32,000 nt of DNA from Candidatus Hermodarchaeota archaeon. Its GTDB lineage: Archaea; Asgardarchaeota; Heimdallarchaeia; Hodarchaeales; Hodarchaeaceae. The notes beneath the pieces are model-generated. The model was given only the letters and a program-made list of their open reading frames with translations, was not told where the DNA came from and did not search any database. The translations under genes and the position numbers were made by a program. The stretch is from assembly GCA_048886185.1 (NCBI GenBank), contig JBHLKY010000010.1:176901-208900 (forward strand), in the 5' to 3' direction. How positions within the stretch are numbered: the first letter of the stretch is position 1; each line of letters starts with the position of its first letter. Positions 19,652-28,163 of the stretch are shown piece after piece.

Positions 19652-19885
19652 TTATTGCTTATAATCTAAACTCTTTATATATATAATAGTTCCTGTTGTA
19701 AAAAACGCTACACCAAGTAAGCCAAAAAAATTGGTACTAGCCAAAGCGCCAATTGTTTCAGAACTGATTGCTTCAGTCATATACATAAAACTAATCAAAA
19801 AAACTATTAAACCAATAACCCAACCGATTATTCCAATAATTTTTAAAATATATTTCTCATTTTCGATTACAGGCACTTTTTCCAC
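19652..19885 (-). CDS. Small 2-TM hypothetical membrane protein
   Basis: Two hydrophobic helices; GTG start. Confidence 0.6.
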   Translation of the reverse strand: MEKVPVIENEKYILKIIGIIGWVIGLIVFLISFMYMTEAISSETIGALASTNFFGLLGVAFFTTGTIIYIKSLDYKQ

Positions 19886-20211
19886 CCAAGATCAGATATA
19901 ATACAGAGTGGATATTATAATCCAATGGATTTTGTGAATTTACTAGTTCTTAAATTTTTTTATGAATTCACTGTGATTGGGATTTGGCCCCAAATCTCTT
20001 CTTTTTTTCTAAAAAAAATAGATTACACTTAAATACAGGCAAGAAAAACCTTATGTAGAACCAAAATCTGCTTTTAAGAAGTAAAAATGTCGAATGGAAC
20101 AGTCTGATGTCTCCTTTTTTTGAGAGTCTTAAGAATTGAAATCGTTAGCTAGTTTTGCTTTTTTTTGGTTGTAATTGAGGTTCTATTCGTATATAAAAAG
20201 AAGTGTAAAAA

Positions 20212-20718
20212 ATGTCAAGTTATAGTTCAGAAGAAACACATGACGTGAAAATCGAAAGCGTTAAACCCTTTGAAAAACGCCTAAATGTCGTTTTTATGGT
20301 TACAGAGAGAGGTGAAGAACGTGAGATCAATAAACGAACGGGTGAAACGCATAGAGTGTGTGATTTCACTGTTGCAGATGAAACAGGGATTATCACTCTA
20401 ACTCTTTGGAATGAAGATATTGATGTATTGAAAGAAGAAAATGTCTATAAATTATCAAATGGTTTTGCTAATGTATTTCAAAATTCCCTTAGACTATCAA
20501 AAGGAAAATTTGGAAGCATCGCTGAAGATTCGACTGTTTTTGAGGAAATAAACACAGACAATGATCGTTCCGCAGCACATGTAGATGATCCCCGTAGACA
20601 ATCATACGGAAATAGAGGAGGAAGTTATCGATCCCAACAGTCATACGGATCATATGGAAGTGGACGTTCCTCTGGAGGATATGACAAACAGCGGTCTAAT
20701 CGGCGTACTCGTTGGTAA
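20212..20718 (+). CDS. Single OB-fold ssDNA-binding protein (RPA/crenarchaeal SSB-like) with G/S/Y/R tail
   Basis: LNVVFMV, VADETGIITLTLWNEDI, VYKLSNGFANVF..LRLSKGKFG; low-complexity tail. Confidence 0.9.
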   Translation: MSSYSSEETHDVKIESVKPFEKRLNVVFMVTERGEEREINKRTGETHRVCDFTVADETGIITLTLWNEDIDVLKEENVYKLSNGFANVFQNSLRLSKGKFGSIAEDSTVFEEINTDNDRSAAHVDDPRRQSYGNRGGSYRSQQSYGSYGSGRSSGGYDKQRSNRRTRW

Positions 20719-20772
20719 AAAGGATCGATTTTAAATAGATTCAATAATTTAAATTTCAGTTCACTAATCAAT

Positions 20773-20839
20773 GGATGTGTTCTTCGCGCCTAACAACAAC
20801 CTGAAGCAGAGAAGGAACGGTAGGCTAGAAGAACATTCC
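20773..20839. other. Long imperfect GC-richer stem-loop downstream of the SSB gene
   Basis: GGATGTGTTCTTC pairs with GAAGAACATTCC and GCCTA with TAGGC, enclosing a ~28-nt purine-rich loop. Confidence 0.55.
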
Positions 20840-21844
20840 TCCACACTTTTAATGGAGATCAATTGCATGTACTTTGAGAGACTTCAAATTCATTCATGAA
20901 TTAAAAAAAATTTTGAAATATAGAAATCTTTTCTCAACCCAACAGACGATTTATGATATGTATGGATTCATGGGAATGAGAGAAATGGCCAAAACTGCAT
21001 GTTGTGCTGATATTAAAAGAAGGATTTTTGGTTACAAGATTTAAGAATCCAGAACGGAAAATTAAGCCTGTCATTATTCTACACAACTATCAGCAAATCT
21101 TTTTTGGGAGGAATTCTGTAAAATAGAATCAGAAAATTCTATTTTAATCCTAGTAATTCAGTTAATTGATCAAGATAATTTATCATTCCATGTATAGCTC
21201 CTACTAGATAAAGAGATTTTGTGTGTGGAACAAGATAGATATCAAGATAAACCATAAAACACCTATGAGAACCCAAAGAAGCATCAATTGATGATCAATG
21301 AAGTGTTTCAAGACAAAGTAAATAGTGACAGTCAGAATCCCAACGGGTGTATTCATTCTTTCAACAACGCGGATTTGAAGGTACCCCCGAAAACCAATTT
21401 CTTACCAGAAACCATTTAACATTGCTTAGGTTAAAAAAAACTCTGATTATTGAAACTTGTATTTTTAAATTTTTGTATTCAATCAGAACACAAGTAAAAA
21501 CATACGGAGGGTATCAATTACACACAGAAGAATCTGAGATTCAAGTAACATCATTTGAGTTTGGACTTGTTACTCAATTCATTCTCATTAACTGAGAAAT
21601 GTATCACAGGTTTTAATATTAATTAACGGAAGAGGATGATTGATTCCTACAAAATGAATTCTCCAACATGTGGATGGAGGAGCCACAGATCGTCCGATCT
21701 AACGCCCCTCCACTACATTTTGCGATTGGAAAGCGTAATTATCTTTTTAGAGATTTCTAAAATATTTTCTGGAGATCATTCATTTAAAATCTTCGTTAAG
21801 GGATGGATTAACACTAATAATTAGAAAATAGACAACTTCAAATT

Positions 21845-22102
21845 ATGATTACTATATTGACTCAACAATTGAGATCATTAGAAAAAATCCCTGCAGACGA
21901 GTTTGATGATCATATCCATTCATTAAATATCCCCTACCAACAATTCTCTTTTATTGATAAAGACTCTCTTTCTGCATTTAATTCTAAGTACAAAGAAATT
22001 AAGGACTTATTATTCAAGTCACATGAAAAACACGAAACAATAGAAGATATAATTAGAAACTCTATTCATTTAGCCATCTTTGGGGCTTTTTCGATGGATT
22101 AG
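21845..22102 (+). CDS. Short hypothetical ORF, possibly a gene relic
   Basis: Protein-like composition; the frame continues ~35 codons past the TAG (EGNVNIPHKLGFKE...); no clear SD. Confidence 0.3.
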   Translation: MITILTQQLRSLEKIPADEFDDHIHSLNIPYQQFSFIDKDSLSAFNSKYKEIKDLLFKSHEKHETIEDIIRNSIHLAIFGAFSMD

Positions 22103-22270
22103 GAAGGTAATGTTAATATTCCACACAAACTTGGATTCAAAGAATCCTCCAAGAGGGATACAGTTGCAGATTGTCTAATTTGCATGATTGTCCATATGAA
22201 AAATTTTTTGAACTATAAATTGCAAAAGTTCCGCAAGTAGTGAAAATATCCTTCAAAGGTGAATGTATAA

Positions 22271-22696
22271 ATGGAAGAATCTCGTTCTCATGCCGTTATT
22301 GTGTCTAATGTTCATCGTGAATTTCGAATTGGTGAGATTACTGTTCATGCGCTTCGGGGGACTAATATGGAAGTCTCTGAAGGCGAATTTGTTATCGTGC
22401 TAGATCCAAGTGGATCTGGAAAATCAACATTGTTAAATCAAATTGGAGGGATAGACTCCCCAACTAAATGTAGTGTGAAGATCCATGGGGAGAATATAAC
22501 AGACTGGCGTGGAGGGAAACTATCTGAATATCGTCGTAATAAGGTTGGTTGGATTTTTCAATTTTTTAATCTTATTCCTTCTTTAAGAGCATGGGAAAAT
22601 GTCGCACTCGCTTTAGAGTTCAAAGGTGATCGAAAAGAGATATATAAGTTTTATAAAAAGAGAGATATTATGTACAAAAAAAAGGCCCTTATGTAA
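22271..22696 (+). pseudogene. Truncated ABC transporter ATP-binding subunit (LolD/MacB-like)
   Basis: Walker A is mutated to DPSGSGKS (GAT at 22403); Q-loop GWIFQFFNLIP is present; similarity ends near ENVALAL, with no LSGGQ signature or Walker B. Confidence 0.88.
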
Positions 22697-22703
22697 TTAA
22701 TAG

Positions 22704-22753
22704 AGGTGATTTTCCCTTAGTTAACCCTAGCAAAGGGAAAGGGAAAATCACCT
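22704..22753. terminator. Hairpin 3' of cassette copy 2
   Basis: Perfect 15-bp arms AGGTGATTTTCCCTT (22704-22718) and AAGGGAAAATCACCT (22739-22753), with an inner CCCT/AGGG stem. Confidence 0.75.
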
Positions 22754-22783
22754 TTGAAATTATTTCAATTTAGCAAAAAGAAG

Positions 22784-22897
22784 CTAATTATCCTCGTCAT
22801 CCCAATCGTCGTCGTCTTCCCAATCCTCTTCTTCTTCTTCTTCTTCTTCATAGATTGGTTTCTTAGGAGGAACTTTCTTCTTTGGAGCGTATTTCAT
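22784..22897 (-). CDS. Basic-head/acidic-Trp microprotein B2 (37 aa) MKYAPKKKVPPKKPIYEEEEEEEEDWEDDDDWDDEDN
   Basis: AAGGTGA SD; shares KKPIYE7-8DWED..DWDDE.. and terminal EDN with B1. Confidence 0.82.
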   Translation of the reverse strand: MKYAPKKKVPPKKPIYEEEEEEEEDWEDDDDWDDEDN

Positions 22898-22949
22898 ATT
22901 TTTCACCTTTTTCTAAATGTTTTTGATAAAGATTTTCCTTGTAATTAGA

Positions 22950-23012
22950 CTATTTCTTTGTTTTTTTAGCTCGTGGTTTTTTTGTTTTTGCTTTCTTCTC
23001 TTTTTCTGCCAT
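22950..23012 (-). CDS. Lys-rich microprotein A2 (20 aa) MAEKEKKAKTKKPRAKKTKK
   Basis: AAGGTGA SD; paralog of A1. Confidence 0.8.
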   Translation of the reverse strand: MAEKEKKAKTKKPRAKKTKK

Positions 23013-23043
23013 GTTTTTCACCTTTATTGTTCATTTTGTGGTG

Positions 23044-23065
23044 TTGACCAATGGTTTATGGTCAA
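23044..23065. promoter_or_regulatory. Palindrome TTGACC-N10-GGTCAA (copy 2)
   Basis: TTGACCA-atggttta-TGGTCAA; arms conserved and spacer diverged relative to copy 1. Confidence 0.7.
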
Positions 23066-23115
23066 TGTAATACAATTTCAGATGTTTATTTAAACCTTAT
23101 GGATTTAAGTGAAGG

Positions 23116-23129
23116 GTGCGGACGTGTGC
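23116..23129 (-). promoter_or_regulatory. Proximal GCAC-N5-CGCAC box (copy 2)
   Basis: Reverse complement reads GCACacgtcCGCAC. Confidence 0.65.
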
Positions 23130-23233
23130 GATCATAACAAAACAAAATACGTTAATATAATACTTTAAATGAAAGATAAAGTTATTAAATGACTTTTCAG
23201 AGAAAAATCACACAGTCTTCATTGTTCAGTGAA

Positions 23234-23247
23234 GTGCGGTACTGTGC
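23234..23247 (-). promoter_or_regulatory. Distal GCAC-N5-CGCAC box (copy 2)
   Basis: Reverse complement reads GCACagtacCGCAC, 118 bp from the proximal box. Confidence 0.65.
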
Positions 23248-23428
23248 AAAAAGTATAACAGATTATTTCTTAACCTATTTTGTCATATTTAAGCATTGAA
23301 TTATGAAAATCTATTGATCTAAGGTATAAGTATAATAATCCATTTAAAAAACATCATCAATCACAAAGTCTAGGATGGATTTAGTTTTCATTCATTACCT
23401 AGTTTGACCTAAAGATAACATTCATTAG

Positions 23429-24208
23429 ATGGTGATAGAACTGAGGAACAATTTAAAAAAAATTGATATTATCATCCATGATGGAAGAGAAGAACCTATT
23501 GAACTTGGACAAATGATAGATTTTGAAAAGAATGTTTATGAAAGGTTTTACGAACCCGCTCGTGAGTACGATACGACACATCAAATCGAAAAACTCGGCC
23601 CAGTTCTTATCGATTTTACCAATGTTCATAGTTGGGCTAAAGATATCCCTGACATCGATCCACGAAGTGCTCGGTTATTTTCTGTTTGGCTTGAAGATGC
23701 AAAAACTCATAAGATCATTGGAATAGCTCATGGATTTTTTATTTTACTTCCTTTTCTATTATCCTCTGCGACCCCTCAAGAATATTATTCATTTCAAGGA
23801 GATGGCCCCTATTATCCTATAGCAATAATTTATTCAGTTAGAACGACCATCTCTAATGAAATGCAACTTGATCTATTCCTTGATCGCCTATGGGAAGGAA
23901 TATCAGCAAATTGGAAGAAAATTCGGACTAATATTATTAATCGTCTTCCTAAGGGATCAGATTTATGGAAACGTTATATTTTTTCTTTTGAGAATATAAT
24001 TCATTTTACTTTTCTTTGTCCTTCAATTGATCGTGAGATAATTGATGCCTTAGAAAGAAATGATTATCGAATTACAAGCGTATTGCAGCTTCTAGCATCT
24101 CCAACACCTTCATACGATGAAGCCACTATAAAACATCACCTTTATACTGCTCGAAAAGTTCTCAAAGAAGCAAATACCAGTAAGGGTCAAAAAGATTCCT
24201 CAAACTAA
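23429..24208 (+). CDS. Hypothetical soluble protein
   Basis: 259-aa ORF with normal composition, 30 bp upstream of the PAP2 start; no family recognised. Confidence 0.7.
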   Translation: MVIELRNNLKKIDIIIHDGREEPIELGQMIDFEKNVYERFYEPAREYDTTHQIEKLGPVLIDFTNVHSWAKDIPDIDPRSARLFSVWLEDAKTHKIIGIAHGFFILLPFLLSSATPQEYYSFQGDGPYYPIAIIYSVRTTISNEMQLDLFLDRLWEGISANWKKIRTNIINRLPKGSDLWKRYIFSFENIIHFTFLCPSIDREIIDALERNDYRITSVLQLLASPTPSYDEATIKHHLYTARKVLKEANTSKGQKDSSN

Positions 24209-24238
24209 AACTGTGGATAGAGAGTAAGGGTGAATCTA

Positions 24239-25106
24239 ATGATTTTTTTGATATAACATGGACAGAAGTGCCAAGGGATTTGTTTCCCTGGGCAAATAAT
24301 ATATTCAAATTGATCACAGAACTCGGATCAAACACTATTTATTTGGTAATAATTCTAGTGATATTTTGGGGGATCGATAAAAGGATTGGGAAATTAACCG
24401 CTTTTGTGATTGTAGCTTGTTCAATTATGAATTATTGGCTCAAAGCTGTTTTAAAGCATCCTCGACCTGACCCCAGTCAGTGGTTAACTAGTGCTTCGAA
24501 CTATAGCTTACCCAGTGGTCATGCTCAGAGTGCAGCTACATTCTATGGGTGGCTTGGTCTAAAAATCAACAAATGGTGGATGTTTGTTGTTTGCACAATA
24601 TTGATCATCCCTGTAGGGATTTCATGCGTCTATTTAGGAATACACTGGTTAGGAGACGTGTTACTGGGGTGGGGAGTTGGGGTAGTGATTGTCACATTGA
24701 TTTGGCGATTTGAAAATCCTGCTAGTAACTATCTCTCAAATTGTAATATCTATTATATGTATGGAGGACTAGCTCTATTGGGAGGTATAGTAATTATTCT
24801 TACTGAATTAATAATTCCTGTCCCCATTAATAATTTTGGCGGTATTGGAGGAATGGTTATTGGTTTAGCAATTGGTTTGGCACTTGAGCAGAAATTTGTT
24901 AATTTTACAGTAAAAACTCCAGAAAAAGAAACATGGAGAATCTTATTACGGATCGGAATTGGTTTAATCCTGATACTTATCCTATATTATGGCTTATCAC
25001 CATTCTTGAGTTCTGAAGAGGCGTTAACAGCGGCTTTCCTCTATTGTTTTGTGCTGTAGTTGGGGCTTTTGGTTGGCCTTTGATTTTTTCTGAGATTGAT
25101 CTTTAA
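24239..25106 (+). pseudogene. PAP2/type 2 phosphatidic acid phosphatase family gene with three lesions
   Basis: Motifs C1 KAVLKHPRP, C2 PSGH, C3 SCVYLGIHWLGD (Arg replaced by Cys). The SD-led ATG at 24239 is out of frame through a T7 run. The C-terminal helix AVVGAFGWPLIFSEIDL* (25053-25106) is in another frame. Confidence 0.75.
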
Positions 25107-25211
25107 TTGATGAGAGACACCACACGCTAGCAAATAGGAGGATTTTCCCTTTCGTAGCAGGTGTGACATCATGGAAAAAGCATTCCATTATGACATACTT
25201 AATAAGAATAG

Positions 25212-26081
25212 ATGTTCCTAGATTTAGTAGAGAGAATGGTGATAATACAGGTACTTTTATTTTTAACAACAATTCTTTTGATCTTTCCCCTTCTAGCCGT
25301 TCAATGGCAGAATCTCATAGCTTCTTCACAATTAAGTGAGTGCTGTATTTGTAGACGAACTATATCCAAAAATGAAGAAATAGTCGTTTGCCCAAATTGT
25401 CAAACAATTTATCATCGTACACACTTATCTTTATGGTTGAAAATAAGAAAAAAATGTCCAATATGTAAAAATATAATAAAAAATCGGTATTTACAATCTT
25501 ATTTCGGTATAAAAGATCCTGATTCCTCTATTAACATTGATATCTCAAAAAAAGGGGTTATTTCATGTCAAAGGAAACATTCTAACAGCAAGAATTCTAT
25601 TGCATTAGAGTGTCCATATTGTAAAAATATCTTGGAATCATCTGTTATTGGTGTGTTAACCCAATGTAAAATTTGTGGGTCATATATATCATGGGCCGGT
25701 GATTTTGAATCACGAATCAAAAATCTTGATGAACCGTTCCTGTATAAATCGAATAAGATTAAAAAAACGAGATTCAGTAGAAATAACGAGCATACTGATA
25801 AAATTAATTATCGAAATATTAAACGACAGAAAGAGAAAAATCGAGAGATTTTTCGAAAAGAATTACAGAAACAAACACTATTGGAATCTCAAGATCAAAT
25901 GTTCTTACTCAACCAAGACTACTTAAGAAGACAACTACAAGTACCAAATTATAAACAAGATCTTTCATTAAGAGAGAGAGAAAAAATTAATCCAAAGGAA
26001 ACTAATTTTCTTAAACTAAACATTTTTAAATTAGTTATAACGGCAATAATAGTATTGATTCTTATCTTTATGTTGATGTAA
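25212..26081 (+). CDS. Membrane-anchored RING-finger-like and zinc-ribbon protein (putative E3-like)
   Basis: C-x2-C-x12-C-x2-C-x4-H-x2-H-x3-W-x6-CPIC, then CPYC-x14-CKIC; hydrophobic helices at both termini. Confidence 0.75.
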   Translation: MFLDLVERMVIIQVLLFLTTILLIFPLLAVQWQNLIASSQLSECCICRRTISKNEEIVVCPNCQTIYHRTHLSLWLKIRKKCPICKNIIKNRYLQSYFGIKDPDSSINIDISKKGVISCQRKHSNSKNSIALECPYCKNILESSVIGVLTQCKICGSYISWAGDFESRIKNLDEPFLYKSNKIKKTRFSRNNEHTDKINYRNIKRQKEKNREIFRKELQKQTLLESQDQMFLLNQDYLRRQLQVPNYKQDLSLREREKINPKETNFLKLNIFKLVITAIIVLILIFMLM

Positions 26082-26317
26082 TAATTTTATATCAACACTT
26101 TTATTTTATAAGCAGATTCCTTGGAAAAGCCACCTCTTCCTCTCAATTCAGGATGATTGTCTATTTTATCAGCTCTTGATTTTCTTTAAGCTTGATCTTT
26201 AAATGAATTTATCAAGCATACTGTGAATAGTACGTTAAACCACCTCTTTTGGGAAAGATGAGTAAAACTCTATTAGATAAGAGAGTTTTTAAATCGTAGA
26301 TGGCAGTGTAATATACT

Positions 26318-27667
26318 ATGCAAACTAAAAAGAACACAAGCTCCTCGTCACACATCTCTAGTGGGGCCATAGGTGTACTATTCCTTGCAGTTTTTGTTGA
26401 TTTACTTGAATTTGGGATTATAATACCGTTACTTCCATTTTGGACATTAGATCTAGGAGCAACACCATTTATATATGGTATATTGGCTAGTGCTTATTCG
26501 TTAATGAGCTTTGCTTTTGCCCCAGTTTGGGGTTGGATATCTGATCGGTGGGGGCGTCGTCCAGTCATATTAGTGGGACTATTTGGGACTGTACTAGGAT
26601 TAGGATTATTGAGTTTAACGGCATTAGTCTTTACTGAATCTTTAACTCTAATTTTCATTTCACGATTAGTTGGAGGTGCATTTACTGCAGCAACCTTACC
26701 TACCAGTCAAGCCTATATCGCTGATACAACTTCTGGACAAGATCGTGTGAAAGGTTTTGGGCTATTAGGCGCAGCATTTGGACTCGGGTTTGCATTAGGG
26801 CCTGGAATTGGTGGAATATTATCTTTTATTGGAGGATACGCACTTCCAGCGGCAGTTGCAACCTTCGTTGCTATTATTAACTTTATTGCAGCAATTAGAT
26901 TCCTACCTGAGTCTTTAACTAAGGAAATTCGTCAAAGAAGAAAGGATCAAATCTCTCAGGAAGCTAATGTTAAGGCAAGCTTACAAGAAACTGTCCTAGG
27001 AAATCCTAACATCTTATTGGCAATAATATTATTCGCTGGTGTTTCATTAGCGTTTTCTAAGATGCAGGCAACCCTAGCCCTACTGGGAAATGAACGATTT
27101 GGATTAGATGAATCTCTAACTGGTATAATCTTCTTTGTTGTTGGAGTAATTGTCATAATCACTCAAGCAGGTTTGATTAAACCCTTATCAAATCGATTCT
27201 CTGACACAATTCTCATTACAGTAGGAATCTTCTTCTTAATTCTGGGATTCTTAGGTTTAAGTACTGTAACATCGCTTTTAGAGATGATTGTTTGGGTAAT
27301 TCCACTTGCATTCGGATCTTCAATTTCAAATCCCACCCTAGGAGCTTTCTTATCAAAAGAAACCCCAAAAGAAAACTCAGGAGCTATTTTAGGTTTAAAT
27401 CAAGGAATTGGATCTTTGATGAGAATAGCAGGCCCTCTCATTGGGACTGCTTTATTCGAAATAGATGTAGCTTATCCCTACTATTTTGGTGCTTTAATTC
27501 TTATCATTGGATTGTTTATTGCAGGAGGCCTAGTAATCAAAACACGTTCTTTACTAAAAGAACACCCTTGTCTTCAATGTGGATTTCAGATACGAGAGGG
27601 AGTAACAATATGTGATCAGTGTGGATTAAACCAGCTAAGTATACCATTAGAAAAAGTGGAAGCTTAG
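26318..27667 (+). CDS. MFS transporter (TetA/DHA1-like) with C-terminal zinc ribbon
   Basis: Motif A GWISDRWGRRP, motif C GFALGPGIGG, about 12 TM; tail CLQCGFQIREGVTICDQCG. Confidence 0.92.
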   Translation: MQTKKNTSSSSHISSGAIGVLFLAVFVDLLEFGIIIPLLPFWTLDLGATPFIYGILASAYSLMSFAFAPVWGWISDRWGRRPVILVGLFGTVLGLGLLSLTALVFTESLTLIFISRLVGGAFTAATLPTSQAYIADTTSGQDRVKGFGLLGAAFGLGFALGPGIGGILSFIGGYALPAAVATFVAIINFIAAIRFLPESLTKEIRQRRKDQISQEANVKASLQETVLGNPNILLAIILFAGVSLAFSKMQATLALLGNERFGLDESLTGIIFFVVGVIVIITQAGLIKPLSNRFSDTILITVGIFFLILGFLGLSTVTSLLEMIVWVIPLAFGSSISNPTLGAFLSKETPKENSGAILGLNQGIGSLMRIAGPLIGTALFEIDVAYPYYFGALILIIGLFIAGGLVIKTRSLLKEHPCLQCGFQIREGVTICDQCGLNQLSIPLEKVEA

Positions 27668-28163
27668 GTGTCATCTTTTTTCTTTTTCTACAATATTTCA
27701 TAAGCTTCCTCCTAAGACAATGATGAGTTATTTAAATGTATTAATCAACCAGAAGTAACATGCTATTACTCGAATTAATCAGCAGATGCCATGGTACTTC
27801 TCTAGGCAACGACCAAGAGTAAATTATCTTTAGTTTTTTACTTAATTTTACCTCAACAACTTCTAGTGGAAAATAAGTTTTACAAACCATGAGGAACTTT
27901 ATACAGCAGATCAAAATCAATTTAATTCTTAAATTAGGTATATAATCTACTTTTCCACTTTAAATATCAAAAATTTGGATCCCTCATTCTAATCCAATAA
28001 GGAAAAAACCATTTCCATTATAAACATGATACCTGTCAGGATTATTTTTTATGTTTGCGAAGGGATTATCTAGGTAAGTTAAAAAAGAGCTGAATACTCA
28101 TTGAAATTCGGAAAAACTGTCTAGATTAGTTAATAAACTTGATTGGGTCATCTGTAACCTGTT

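Larger units (their letters stand above)
22697..23380 (-). repeat. Copy 2 of the inverted microprotein cassette
   Basis: Same order of elements as 14360-15010 on the opposite strand; end points are approximate. Confidence 0.92.

Noticed and set aside
20800-20815. CUGA..GAA as hammerhead or SECIS core
   Set aside because: CTGAAGC does not fit CUGANGA, and the upstream gene has no in-frame UGA.
21204-21356. 50-aa hydrophobic minus-strand ORF (MNTPVGILTVTIYF...)
   Set aside because: No SD or paralog; T-rich antisense frames readily give hydrophobic ORFs.
22754-22948. 64-aa + strand ORF with poly-Phe
   Set aside because: Antisense of microprotein B2's GAA repeats; not conserved in cassette copy 1.
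14360-23380. Composite transposon bounded by the inverted cassettes
   Set aside because: No transposase, terminal inverted repeats or target-site duplication; the copies are substantially diverged.
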